64,000 nucleotides of DNA from positions 7,800-71,799 of the forward strand of contig JAKALT010000003.1 in assembly GCA_021813125.1 (NCBI GenBank), given 5' to 3'. A model generated the notes under the pieces. It saw only the letters and a list, made by a program, of their open reading frames with translations, had not been told where the DNA came from and did no database searches. This document shows positions 34,536 through 44,204 of this stretch, one piece after another. A program made the position numbers and the translations under genes. Source of the DNA: a bacterium (GTDB lineage: Bacteria; Patescibacteriota; Microgenomatia; Curtissbacterales; GWA2-41-24). Each line of letters opens with the position of its first letter. Within the stretch, counting starts at the first letter, position 1.

Positions 34536-36443
34536 ATGCTTCGGAAAATTAATCTTACAATCCTGGCAGTTTTTATTCTTTTGGGAATTTATTTTATAAG
34601 AGTAAGATCTGTTGGAGACACCGCAGATACATATTGGCACTTGGCAGTTGGCCGTCAGGTTTGGCAGGAAAAACACATTTCCCAAACCGATGATTTTGTT
34701 TACGGCAAAGCCGACACCCACTACACCTCAACCGAATGGCTTTCCGGATTAATCTTTTTTATGTTTGCAAAATTTTTGGGTTTTGAAAGCCTGGTCATTT
34801 TAAGAGTTGCCTGCGGCCTTGGCGCTGTTTTTTTCCTTTACAAAACTTTAGAGATATTTACTAAAGAAGAGAAGGTTCAAATTGCCGTTATGGCTGCAAC
34901 CGGTTATGTTTTGGCAATTAGGCTTTTCGACCGGCCTGAAAACTTCAGCATTTTATTTGTTGCAGCAATAAACTACGTTTGTCTAAAGTATTTTTTCAAT
35001 GAAACCCTCAGTAAATTACTTTACAGCTTTCCGCTGATTTTTCTTGTCTGGCCGAGCATCCACGCATTTGTTGTTTATGGCTATGCCCTATTTTCTTTTT
35101 GGATAATAATCTACTCATACGAATTTATAAGAAAAATTAAAACCCGGCCAAAGTTTTTGCAAGTCGTTTCTCTTTGGGCAATTTCAACAGCCGCCATCCT
35201 AATCCAGGCAAAGCGGTTCCTCTTTTTTTTAGAATTAAAAAAATTAACAAGTTTTAGCGTAAACGAATGGGGGTCTTTAACCGACAGAGTTTTTCTTTCC
35301 AAGGGTTACCAATTCTTTTCCCAGATGCCGGTGGAAGTATACTTTTACATCTTTACCTTGATTCTAATCTTAGGCCTTACGATTTTTTGGATCACAAAAA
35401 AAGGACAGAGAGGTCTAGCTCTTTACTTAATCTTTGCCGCATATTTTGCAATTGCCCTTACACCTTTTAGATATTACCGCCTAATCCCAATCGTCATTCT
35501 GGCATTCGCCCCTTTAGCACCTTTCTTCCTCAAAGATCTTAAAAAGCTGGCTGTTGATTTGACTGCAAAAGCGCTGACAGCTATTCTGCTAATTCTTCTC
35601 ATCGGTTCTATTTTTCTAGGTTACACTATTGGCTCCAAATCGTATTTCAAATCCTCTTTTGACGAAAATGGCCAAACAATTGGAGTCAAATCCCGCCTTT
35701 GGGGCCAGGTTTTTCCCAAAAAAACTTCCGAGGTTATCAAGGAATATCTGCAAACCAAACACCTCTACACTTTCGACTGGTGGAGCAACTATTTCATTTG
35801 GCAAAACCCACCTATTCAAACTTACAGCGATGTAATGTATCAATACCGGACTCAGGAGGATTTTTTGGAAGAACAAGCAATCGCATCAGGTGAAAAAAAT
35901 TGGGACAAGCTGGTTGAAAAATACAATATAGACACAGTTGTAAACAGCCAGTTTGCCGCCCCTAAAGGCAACAACACACCGGTTTACAAACTTGCTAACT
36001 GGAAACTTGTTTATGTCGATAATGTTTCCGCTCTTTGGGCAAGAGACGACGTGATAAAAACTTTACCCGTTGACCTTTCGGCATTAAATCTCGAACTTCA
36101 AACACCCTTAAAATTTAAACCGGAAAACAAAGACAAGGCCGTCACGCAACTCGAAAACCTCATCAAGTTTTACCCCAAAAACGATTTTGCCCGCGGTCAG
36201 CTTATCCAAAATTACATAGACGAGGGGAAAATTGCAGATGCCAAAAATCTTGCCGAGCAGTCAAGAAACCTCTTGCCTAAAGATCCAACGTTCCCTATGT
36301 ATCTCTCTGCGGTTTATGCATCTATGGGAAATTGCCGGCAGGCCTCGCAATTTTCAAAAGAAGCTCTGCGCAAAAGTTACAACGATTTTAACTTTCAAGC
36401 ACTTGAGGAGATAGTTCTCTCTAATTGCCAATCCATTCAATAA
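34536..36443 (+). CDS. polytopic membrane protein with C-terminal TPR-like region (possible GT-C type glycosyltransferase)
   Basis: 635 aa with more than 10 TM helices in the N-terminal 340 aa and a C-terminal soluble region with helical repeats (QLIQNYIDEGKIADAKNLAEQSRNLLPKDPTFPMYLSAVYASMGNCRQA). This architecture is shared with PMT/ArnT-like GT-C enzymes. No catalytic motif was confirmed. Confidence 0.4.
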   Translation: MLRKINLTILAVFILLGIYFIRVRSVGDTADTYWHLAVGRQVWQEKHISQTDDFVYGKADTHYTSTEWLSGLIFFMFAKFLGFESLVILRVACGLGAVFFLYKTLEIFTKEEKVQIAVMAATGYVLAIRLFDRPENFSILFVAAINYVCLKYFFNETLSKLLYSFPLIFLVWPSIHAFVVYGYALFSFWIIIYSYEFIRKIKTRPKFLQVVSLWAISTAAILIQAKRFLFFLELKKLTSFSVNEWGSLTDRVFLSKGYQFFSQMPVEVYFYIFTLILILGLTIFWITKKGQRGLALYLIFAAYFAIALTPFRYYRLIPIVILAFAPLAPFFLKDLKKLAVDLTAKALTAILLILLIGSIFLGYTIGSKSYFKSSFDENGQTIGVKSRLWGQVFPKKTSEVIKEYLQTKHLYTFDWWSNYFIWQNPPIQTYSDVMYQYRTQEDFLEEQAIASGEKNWDKLVEKYNIDTVVNSQFAAPKGNNTPVYKLANWKLVYVDNVSALWARDDVIKTLPVDLSALNLELQTPLKFKPENKDKAVTQLENLIKFYPKNDFARGQLIQNYIDEGKIADAKNLAEQSRNLLPKDPTFPMYLSAVYASMGNCRQASQFSKEALRKSYNDFNFQALEEIVLSNCQSIQ

Positions 36444-36452
36444 CTAAAGCTG

Positions 36453-36524
36453 AGCCGGCGATGGGAATCGGACCCATGACCTTTTCCTTACCAAGGAAAC
36501 GCTCTGCCACTGAGCCACGCCGGC
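36453..36524 (-). tRNA. tRNA-Thr (anticodon GGT)
   Basis: Reverse complement folds as a cloverleaf: acceptor GCCGGCG/CGCCGGC, D-arm GCTCAGTGGCAGAGC and anticodon loop TTGGTAA. The T-loop reads TCCGATT, with C at position 55. Confidence 0.75.
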
Positions 36525-36532
36525 GGGCCGAG

Positions 36533-36617
36533 TGCTGGGAGAAGGATTCGAACCTTCGGAGTCCTTTCGGACGACGGTTTTACAGACCGTTGCAATTGTC
36601 CACTCTGCCATCCCAGC
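36533..36617 (-). tRNA. tRNA-Tyr (anticodon GTA), type II with long variable arm
   Basis: Reverse complement reads GCTGGGATGGCAGAGTGG...ACGGT-CTGTAAA-ACCGT, with a long variable arm CGTCCGAAAGGACTCC, T-arm GAAGGTTCGAATCCTTC and acceptor TCCCAGC. Confidence 0.8.
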
Positions 36618-36624
36618 TTGTTTG

Positions 36625-36696
36625 AGCCGACTGTCGGATTCGAACCGACGACCTACTGTTTACAAAACAGTTGCTCTGCCACTGAGCTAAGTCGGC
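36625..36696 (-). tRNA. tRNA-Thr (anticodon TGT)
   Basis: Reverse complement reads GCCGACTTAGCTCAGTGGCAGAGC-A-ACTGT-TTTGTAA-ACAGT-AGGTC-GTCGGTTCGAATCCGAC-AGTCGGC-T. Confidence 0.8.
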
Positions 36697-36734
36697 CGAT
36701 AGCAGCGAATATGATTTTACATTAAACACGTAAT

Positions 36735-37199
36735 TTGGGCAATTTAAAATTCCCATCCCGCGCATTCCCTGCTAAAATAAAATCAATGCCCCTCCGAAAT
36801 AAAGCAGTCAGCAGTCTGCAGCATGCAGTCAGCAAAAAAGGCTTCACCTTAATCGAGGTACTACTTTCTTCATTTTTCTTTATCGCCTTAATAACCATCC
36901 TTCTTTCATCCTCGGGGACCCTATTAAACACCAGAAAAACTAACCTGGAAACTGTCGCTTCAAAAGTCGCCAGCAAACAAATCGAAAACTTAAGAAATAT
37001 GCCTTACGCTTCGGTCACCTCAGGCTCTATTGTAGACGGCGATCTCTCAAAATTACCCCAAGGGGCAGGAACCAAAACTGTCACCAGTTACCAGTCCAGC
37101 GCGGACATCAAAGACGTTCTAATTACAGTTACCTGGGTAGAAAACCACGCATCCAAGCAACTGAAAATGGAAACCTTAATTTACAAAAACGGATTGTAA
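36735..37199 (+). CDS. type IV pilin-like protein (prepilin-type N-terminal cleavage/methylation domain), probable minor pilin
   Basis: Contains KKGFTLIEVLLSSFFFIALITILL with Gly(-1), Phe(+1) and Glu(+5). The true start may be the internal Met at 36786. Confidence 0.6.
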   Translation: MGNLKFPSRAFPAKIKSMPLRNKAVSSLQHAVSKKGFTLIEVLLSSFFFIALITILLSSSGTLLNTRKTNLETVASKVASKQIENLRNMPYASVTSGSIVDGDLSKLPQGAGTKTVTSYQSSADIKDVLITVTWVENHASKQLKMETLIYKNGL

Positions 37200-37203
37200 A
37201 ATC

Positions 37204-37818
37204 ATGAGTTTTATTAAACATAAAAAAAGGCTCGCGGATTTATTAAAAGGCATGTCGATTGTCGAAATAACTGCCGCAATTGGCATAATCGGGATAATCT
37301 CGATCATGGTAGTTTCCATATATTTTGCCCATTTTCGGCTTTTTTCCAACCAAAGCAAAACCATAGATATTGCCAACGAAAACCGCATTTCTCTGGACGC
37401 AATAACAAATCAAATAAGGGAATCCAGCGGCGTCGCTTCGTCGTGCTGTAGTGGAAGCTATACTACTTCAAGTACTGTTCTGGTACTCCAGCTTTGGCCG
37501 CTCGACGCAAGCGGAAATCCGATCGATCCGGGGGCTTCAAATTACGATTATATTATTGTGCAAAGAGACATTCTGGAAAACACCAAACTTGTAAGAATTA
37601 CCATACCTAGTGCTACGAGCAGCAGACAGGCAAAAACAGATATCCTTTCTACCGATGTTTCAAATCTACAATTTGCATATCTTGACTCAAACGAACAACC
37701 GGTGGCAGATCAAACCCTGGCATCGGAAGTAAAAGTCACACTCACCAACACATCTGTCCAATTTGGAAAAACCTATGCACAAACCCAGGAAACCAAAGCG
37801 GTCATAAGGAATAAATGA
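37204..37818 (+). CDS. pilin-like protein (minor pilin, PilW/FimT-like N-terminus)
   Basis: LKGMSIVEITAAIGIIGIISIMVV has a class III signal-like region with Glu at +5. The ORF is packed tightly with its neighbours. Confidence 0.5.
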   Translation: MSFIKHKKRLADLLKGMSIVEITAAIGIIGIISIMVVSIYFAHFRLFSNQSKTIDIANENRISLDAITNQIRESSGVASSCCSGSYTTSSTVLVLQLWPLDASGNPIDPGASNYDYIIVQRDILENTKLVRITIPSATSSRQAKTDILSTDVSNLQFAYLDSNEQPVADQTLASEVKVTLTNTSVQFGKTYAQTQETKAVIRNK

Positions 37819-39047
37819 AAAAAGTTGTCAGTTCATCCAAGAACCAAAATGGCCAGGTTTTAATAATTGCTATAATTTTTATGGCAGTCATCCTGATTCT
37901 CTCGGCAGCAATGCTCTCTAAAGTCGGTAATTACCTTCGTTTCGGCGCAAATTCCGTCCAAGGCGAACAGGCAATTGAGTTAGCCGAAGCAGGCGTAGAC
38001 AACACCATCTGGCAACTTAATAAAAACGGAGGAATTTGCCCTGCTGCGTGTACAAACGAAACACAATTGGGAGCAATTGGGACATTTAAAGTGACCGTTG
38101 TCGACAACTCTCTTACCCTAAAAACAGTCACATCAACTGGTTACGTGCCAAATTCCACAAATCCCAAAAAGAAAAGGACAATAAAAGTTCAAGTCCAGGT
38201 GGATAATACTCAAATTGCATTCCATTACGCAGCGCAGACCGGCGACGGAGGACTCTATATGTCAAATTCTGCATATATTGATGGTAGTGTTTATTCAAAC
38301 GGAAACATTTACTGGGGCGGCACAGGAAATAGTATGATAATCAACGGCGCAGCATATGCAGCAGGCCCAACAATCCAGTCCCCCCCTATAACTGTCAATG
38401 ACCCGCCGCCGCATCCAAATGCATCACCTCAACCGCTACCTACAGTTGATTATGCTCATTGGGAGGAAGAGTCAGTAAAAACAAACGACATAGTTACCTG
38501 TTCCCCTACATGCGTTATCAACAGCTCCCAGTCAATTGGTCCGCGTAAATACGTTGGCGACGTCACCATACAAAGTAACGTAACGATAACTGTTACAGGA
38601 CCCATCTGGGTAACAGGTAATTTCGCAATTGGAACTGGAAACGCCACTGTCAAGCCGGACCCAGGCTTTGGCTCAAACGGCGTAGTCTTACTTGTCGGTG
38701 ATCCAGCCAATCCCTCAAGCGGGAAAGTATCCTACACACAAGGCGGTACCTTTGAAACCACCGGTGCCAATCCGCCAGGGTACATACTTGTTGTTGCCCG
38801 TTCAAAAGCTGATGATGCAATAACTATTGCCCAATCTGGAGCAACAGCAATATTTTACGCGCTAGACGGCGGTGCCACCTTAACTCAATCTGCATCTGTT
38901 GCTGCCCTTGCTTCAAAAAAAGTGATAATGACACAAACCGCAAGTCTGCATTTTATAACCGGCCTTGGCAGTACGAGCTTTTCTTCCGGTCCCGGCGGAG
39001 CTTGGGTAATCAAAAAAGGCACATACAAGCAGACACTCTCTCTGTGA
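37815..39047 (+). CDS. PilX-N-like minor pilin / pilus assembly protein
   Basis: N-terminus SSKNQNGQVLIIAIIFMAVILILSAAMLS followed by GEQAIELAEAGVD resembles the PilX N-terminal domain. It overlaps the previous gene by 4 nt. Confidence 0.45.
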   Translation: MKKVVSSSKNQNGQVLIIAIIFMAVILILSAAMLSKVGNYLRFGANSVQGEQAIELAEAGVDNTIWQLNKNGGICPAACTNETQLGAIGTFKVTVVDNSLTLKTVTSTGYVPNSTNPKKKRTIKVQVQVDNTQIAFHYAAQTGDGGLYMSNSAYIDGSVYSNGNIYWGGTGNSMIINGAAYAAGPTIQSPPITVNDPPPHPNASPQPLPTVDYAHWEEESVKTNDIVTCSPTCVINSSQSIGPRKYVGDVTIQSNVTITVTGPIWVTGNFAIGTGNATVKPDPGFGSNGVVLLVGDPANPSSGKVSYTQGGTFETTGANPPGYILVVARSKADDAITIAQSGATAIFYALDGGATLTQSASVAALASKKVIMTQTASLHFITGLGSTSFSSGPGGAWVIKKGTYKQTLSL

Positions 39048-41257
39048 AACTCAACGTTTCGAAAAAAATTCTTGCCACAATCATAATCTCGATATTTCTG
39101 TTTCTTATTAAAACTAATTCTGCCTTAGCAGATAATTATAATTTAATACCAAATCCATCATTTGAATTCGGAACATCAAGCCCACTTGAATGGGAAACAA
39201 ATAATTCCTCTACATGTATTAATAGCCAAAACACACCCCAATCATCTTTTGAATGGTCATCAGAAATCACGCAAAGCGGCTCGCAATCGCTTGCTCTAAA
39301 AAACATCTACTGGGAAGATATCTATAATCCAGATATTCCTGGACTATGGATTACAAGCAACTACATTGAAACTCCCCGTAACCCAAAAGGGTATGAGTTC
39401 AGTACATGGGTATATGCTAGCAAAAATAACCACTCTATCTACCCCCGCCTTACTGTGTGTACCTATGACATAAATAACAAGCTTTCAACTCAAAGTGAAA
39501 TCACTTTAAATGAAATCCCAGAAGCTGAAACTTGGTTTGAACTAAAATCAGTGCTGATACTTTCCGACCCAAAGATTAAAATAATTCTTGGTTCTAGATG
39601 TTCTTATGAGCCTCCGCAGCAAACTGTACCACCATGTACAGGTTCTTTATGGTTTGACAATACAACAGTAAGACCTATTAACTCAATGATTGCACATACC
39701 TTTAACGATATAAATGAAGATAGTAACCTTAATTGGGGTGAAGAAAATTTAACGCAATGGGAAGTTTCATTGTATCAAGATAGCGACTGCACCAATAATC
39801 ACATCAAAACAACTGGCTGGACAAACAAAAACGGCGATATCATTTTCACCGTCTATAGTATCTTCCCTCCAACATCATTTCCACCAGGTAATTACTCAAT
39901 ACAGCAAACATTCAGAATGTTAAAAACAACCCCATATGCACACGTCGTAGATGCCCGAGATGAGGGATGGATTAACACTACACCAACCTGTCAAAACGTA
40001 ACCTTAAACGACGGGGAAACACCAGCAGTCTACTTCGGCAACTATAAAGCCCCTTCTTTCCCCTATCTCAGCCAGCTCGACCCGGCGTGGAAAGATCTAA
40101 CGTACGATCATGCATCCACCTCAAACCCGTTTTTTTGCGGAACAACAATTGGCGGTTGCGGATGCGCCATAACCTCTTCTGCAATGTTGCTTAAATACTA
40201 CGGAGTTACAAAAGCCCCGGACGGTTCAGAAACCAACCCCAACACCCTAAACACATGGCTGAAAAACAACAGCGGCTACGCTTTTGGCGCCCTAAAGTGG
40301 AATTCCATAGCCGCCTATTCCGTCAAAGCCAACGAGGTATTTGGAACCCAAAAAATCCGCTTTGTGGGAACCGGTGCAGCAAATGATTTTACAACTCTGG
40401 ATTCAGACCTATCCAACAGTAAACCCGACATCATCTCCGAACCCGGCCATTTTATCGTCGCAACCAAAAAGGACGGTACAGATTACGGAATCGCCGACCC
40501 TGCTTACAAAACCAGAACAACTCTGGCTTCCTATTCAAATAGTTTCACTGGAATAAGAAGGTACGAAAAAACCAATACCGACCTAAGCGCGATTTACATC
40601 TCAACCCCTACTCCGAACGATTTGTTTATCACCGACTCCCTGGGAAGATCCACCGGCAAAAATCCCGACACCGGTGAAATCTTAACCCAAATCCCCAATT
40701 CACATTATTTCGTTGAGCCCTCGTTTACAGACCAAACAGATCCCAACTCTCAAGTACCAAGCTCGGGTGTAACCACCCTTGTCATCATTAATCCGGGCGA
40801 GGGAACTTTCAACCTTAACTCTAAATTCGGCCCAATCGATATTTCTGCCTACGACACGCTCGGCAATATCCAAGTTAAAAATTTCTCAACTATCGAACCG
40901 GACACATTTGAACTAAATTACTCAGCAGTTACTGGATCCGATTTCAACGTTTATCAAAAAGTTTCTATCGACTTAAAACCTCAAAATTTGAATAAAGGGA
41001 ACGGGGTTTTCCCGCTGGTAATTAAATCCGACGATAACTTCAACGTCCAGGATATCGATTTTCAGTCAATACGACTTACACCTCCCCAAATCTCGCCTAT
41101 TAAGTTTCCGTTGTTAATTTCAAGTGGCAAAGATTCAAAAAAAGACATGCAAATTTTCTTTCTTGCAAGCCAAATTCCGCCAAACGAAAATCTTTGTTTA
41201 ACTGGCCTAACAGTCGATAATATCGCCTTCAAAAGCTGCAGCACTTTTCCCTTGTAA
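39002..41257 (+). CDS. large secreted protein with N-terminal CBM-like beta-sandwich motif and putative peptidase C39-like (papain-like) domain
   Basis: Signal-like ILATIIISIFLFLIKTNSALA and NLIPNPSFEFG...WE, which is reminiscent of CBM4/9-type domains. A CGCAITSSAMLLKYYGV segment resembles the catalytic Cys region of C39-like peptidases (NGCGPTSLAMVLSYYG). An alternative GTG start at 39044 overlaps the upstream stop as GTGA. Confidence 0.45.
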   Translation: MGNQKRHIQADTLSVKLNVSKKILATIIISIFLFLIKTNSALADNYNLIPNPSFEFGTSSPLEWETNNSSTCINSQNTPQSSFEWSSEITQSGSQSLALKNIYWEDIYNPDIPGLWITSNYIETPRNPKGYEFSTWVYASKNNHSIYPRLTVCTYDINNKLSTQSEITLNEIPEAETWFELKSVLILSDPKIKIILGSRCSYEPPQQTVPPCTGSLWFDNTTVRPINSMIAHTFNDINEDSNLNWGEENLTQWEVSLYQDSDCTNNHIKTTGWTNKNGDIIFTVYSIFPPTSFPPGNYSIQQTFRMLKTTPYAHVVDARDEGWINTTPTCQNVTLNDGETPAVYFGNYKAPSFPYLSQLDPAWKDLTYDHASTSNPFFCGTTIGGCGCAITSSAMLLKYYGVTKAPDGSETNPNTLNTWLKNNSGYAFGALKWNSIAAYSVKANEVFGTQKIRFVGTGAANDFTTLDSDLSNSKPDIISEPGHFIVATKKDGTDYGIADPAYKTRTTLASYSNSFTGIRRYEKTNTDLSAIYISTPTPNDLFITDSLGRSTGKNPDTGEILTQIPNSHYFVEPSFTDQTDPNSQVPSSGVTTLVIINPGEGTFNLNSKFGPIDISAYDTLGNIQVKNFSTIEPDTFELNYSAVTGSDFNVYQKVSIDLKPQNLNKGNGVFPLVIKSDDNFNVQDIDFQSIRLTPPQISPIKFPLLISSGKDSKKDMQIFFLASQIPPNENLCLTGLTVDNIAFKSCSTFPL

Positions 41258-41340
41258 AGGGCAGGCCTTTGTACAGCAAAATCATAGGTTAAGGCCTGCC
41301 CTTAGCTAAGGTACATGAAGGTCTAGGAGCCCTGACCTTA
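41256..41340. repeat. palindromic hairpin element copy plus a second short hairpin, downstream of the 751-aa gene
   Basis: AAAGGGCAGGCCTTTG...TTAAGGCCTGCCCTTA, followed by AAGGTCTAGGAGCCCTGACCTT. Confidence 0.6.
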
Positions 41341-41387
41341 GGGTAAAGGGTTGTAAATTCCCCCTTTAATCCGCTAAACTTACCTCT

Positions 41388-41576
41388 ATGGCAAAGTCAA
41401 AAAGAGTCTTGTTTCAGTTGCAGTGCACTGTTTGCAAATCCAAAAATTATACAAACAGCAAAAACCCGGACAACATCGCCCTAAAACGCAAAAGCCAGGA
41501 CACTAAACTAAACCTCAAAAAGTTCTGCAAACGCTGCAGAAAAGTAACGGAGCATAAAGAAGTCAAAATCGCCTAA
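41388..41576 (+). CDS. rpmG: 50S ribosomal protein L33
   Basis: 62 aa with a Zn-ribbon arrangement (CTVCKSKNY...CKRCRK) and an L33-like C-terminus (EHKEVKIA). Confidence 0.7.
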   Translation: MAKSKRVLFQLQCTVCKSKNYTNSKNPDNIALKRKSQDTKLNLKKFCKRCRKVTEHKEVKIA

Positions 41577-41577
41577 G

Positions 41578-41629
41578 TAAAGGGCAGGCCTTTGTGCAGC
41601 GAACTCCATTGGTTAAGGCCTGCCCTTAA
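41578..41629. repeat. palindromic hairpin element copy downstream of rpmG
   Basis: AAAGGGCAGGCCTTTG...TTAAGGCCTGCCCTTA. Its loop is similar to that of the copy at 41256. Confidence 0.6.
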
Positions 41630-41672
41630 CGCAATCTTGCCTCAACGCCCCAAAACCCTTAATCTATAGGTA

Positions 41673-44171
41673 GTGCACAGTATTCATCTCAAATCTAAAA
41701 TCTCAAATCTAAAATCTAAACTAGGTTTTACCTTAATCGAGGTAATGGTGGTTATTGCTATAATCGGCACTTTAGCCAGTATAACCACCTTCGCATTTGG
41801 CAAAAGCAGAGATAAGGGAAACGACGCAAGAAGAAAGGCGGATCTTAAAGCAATCCAGACCGCCGCCGTTTCCTATTACCAGGACCACAGCCAGTTCCCT
41901 CCGGATCCGGCAGCATACCCCGGAAATGTTTTTTCTTCGGACACGGGTGCCGGTTGGCTTCCGGGAATATCAAGCTACATCAACAAACTTCCAAAAGATC
42001 CGCTGCAGGCAGGCATACTTCATATGCTGGCAAGTGTCGCCGGAAATTCAATCCACACCAGCCAAAAACTGTTGGCAGGTATGTTTGCCAAATCAAGCCA
42101 AACGACAAAAGTCACACCTCAAGTTGCAGCAGATACAACTGTGACTTTAAGGCCAGCCGGCGTTGGCTCAAGTACTCAATGGACCCCAATCCCGTCCGCT
42201 CCAAATTATGCTAAGGTAAACGAAGCCGTAGCAGACGGTGCTACTTATGTAAAATCGAATACTAATGGATTCCTCGATCTCTATAAAATCGATCCAAACA
42301 CAATCAGCGGTACGATTACAGGAATTACCGTCAAAGTTGTAACCCGCGGCGACAGTGGCCAAGACCCGATGAGTTATATCTATATCCGCACAGGCGGTAC
42401 CAACTATGCAAGTACCGGCTTCCAAACAGGATCAACCGGAAGTTTCTCAAGTAGCAGCGCAAGTTGGACAACAAATCCCAAAACCGGTGTGGCATGGACA
42501 GCATCGGATATTACCGCACTTGAAATCGGCATACTCAATAGTGGAGGAGCCAGCACCACAGAATTCCGCTATTTAACCCAAGAATATGTGGAGGTAACTT
42601 ACACACCGACTGGCACAACAGTCAATATCAACGCCAACACAACAGACGACACCATCAGGTTTTATGCTAGTGGATACTATCCACCCGACCCCGGCGGGGG
42701 CTGTAGTATTGCTCCTCCTGCTGGATCAACCTACTCTCTGACAGGTCAATACTATACCGGCGGCGGTTATTACAAATACAGAAACTATCTCGCCTTTGAC
42801 ACTTCTTCAGTCCCGGCTGGCTCAACAATAAATTCGGTAACCCTGACGCAAACGGTCTACCTTAAAAACTTGGGGACTAATTTTAATCTCCTAGTCTTAA
42901 ATTATAACTGGGGACCTACTGTTGACTGCACCAGATGGGGAGGTTCACCACCTACCGCCCCACAAGTTGGCAGCCTTGCCACAACAACCCTACCTGCCGT
43001 AGGGTCCACCTTTACAATGACGCTGGCAAATTCTGTTGTTAACACTGGTGGAACAACCTATTTAATGCTCATAAGCGATAGGGATATGGCCAACACAACC
43101 CCAACAGGATTAGAAGCCTTTGGTTCATATAGCGCAGAATCGGCCACCCCACCCCAAATAAGTATCAATTATTCGCCGCCAGCCATGCCGACAGTGACAA
43201 CACATACAGCAACCGGTGTCACATCCACTCAAGCCACTTTAAATGGCAGTGCGACCCCATTTGGGGCAGGGACTAACGGATGGTTTCGCTACGACACCGT
43301 AAACCCAGGTACCTGCAATGACACTTTCGGCACAAGAGCACCATTGAGCGGTTTCAATGATCTTACATTATCAGCAAGCTATTCACAAACTGTCGGCAGC
43401 CTTACACCATCAAGAACTTATTACTTTTGCGCCCTTGCTTCAAATGCCGGCGGCACCGGCTACGGAAGTGTCCTTTCGTTCACAACCTCAGCATCCGCAC
43501 CTACCGGCTCTATATCAGCCTCTCCGACAACCATACCAAGTGGTTTTAGCTCGTCAGTTACCTGGGGCTCCACAGGCGCCACGAGCTGCACTGTTTCACC
43601 AACAGGTTGGACCGGCACTAGCAATCCCGGCCAGTCAACCGGGCCTTTAACATCAACTACCACTTACACCCTAAACTGTACCGGGCCGGGCGGAAGCTCT
43701 ACGCCTGTTTCCGTCACAGTTACGGTCGGCGGTGCAGCAACACCAACTGATATCAAGGCTAATGGGCTTAACGGGCCTATTACCGTAAGCAAAGACGATT
43801 CCGTTGGTATAAGCTGGACTTCCGGCAACATGACAAGTTGTACCGTAACCGGCGGCCCCGGCGGAAGCGGCACTTCCGGCGCCTTTTCCTGGATAGCAAC
43901 AACCACAACTACTTTCAATCTCTCTTGCACAGGGCCTGCCGGCGGCCAAACAGACAGTGTAACTGTAAATGTCGGCGCGGCCGCAGCTTGTCCAAACCTC
44001 AAAAATGTTTATTGCTACATCGTCAACACCGACAGAAGCGCATTTGTTATCTGGGCCGAGCTCGACAACACCAGCGACTCGCAAATCTGGGATCAGCAAA
44101 ACGCCATTTGTAAACGCACACCGCCTTCGGGAACTCCGTACAACTACTGCGTCGAGTCCTCATCGCTTTAA
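41673..44171 (+). CDS. large type IV pilin-like protein (class III signal peptide, 832 aa, Thr/Gly/Ser-rich C-terminal region)
   Basis: KSKLGFTLIEVMVVIAIIGTLASI is a canonical prepilin cleavage/methylation motif. It is followed by a long beta-rich Thr/Ser/Gly-rich region with repeated TGxTSxxAT segments. Confidence 0.65.
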   Translation: MHSIHLKSKISNLKSKLGFTLIEVMVVIAIIGTLASITTFAFGKSRDKGNDARRKADLKAIQTAAVSYYQDHSQFPPDPAAYPGNVFSSDTGAGWLPGISSYINKLPKDPLQAGILHMLASVAGNSIHTSQKLLAGMFAKSSQTTKVTPQVAADTTVTLRPAGVGSSTQWTPIPSAPNYAKVNEAVADGATYVKSNTNGFLDLYKIDPNTISGTITGITVKVVTRGDSGQDPMSYIYIRTGGTNYASTGFQTGSTGSFSSSSASWTTNPKTGVAWTASDITALEIGILNSGGASTTEFRYLTQEYVEVTYTPTGTTVNINANTTDDTIRFYASGYYPPDPGGGCSIAPPAGSTYSLTGQYYTGGGYYKYRNYLAFDTSSVPAGSTINSVTLTQTVYLKNLGTNFNLLVLNYNWGPTVDCTRWGGSPPTAPQVGSLATTTLPAVGSTFTMTLANSVVNTGGTTYLMLISDRDMANTTPTGLEAFGSYSAESATPPQISINYSPPAMPTVTTHTATGVTSTQATLNGSATPFGAGTNGWFRYDTVNPGTCNDTFGTRAPLSGFNDLTLSASYSQTVGSLTPSRTYYFCALASNAGGTGYGSVLSFTTSASAPTGSISASPTTIPSGFSSSVTWGSTGATSCTVSPTGWTGTSNPGQSTGPLTSTTTYTLNCTGPGGSSTPVSVTVTVGGAATPTDIKANGLNGPITVSKDDSVGISWTSGNMTSCTVTGGPGGSGTSGAFSWIATTTTTFNLSCTGPAGGQTDSVTVNVGAAAACPNLKNVYCYIVNTDRSAFVIWAELDNTSDSQIWDQQNAICKRTPPSGTPYNYCVESSSL

Positions 44172-44204
44172 AAGTGTATATTGTATATAATATTGACTGA
44201 ATTT

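Noticed and set aside
43357-44190. Several 67-142 aa ORFs on both strands
   Set aside because: They lie inside the Thr/Gly/Ser-rich body of the 832-aa pilin gene, where GC-rich repetitive codons leave all frames open. The pilin frame is supported by the class III signal peptide.
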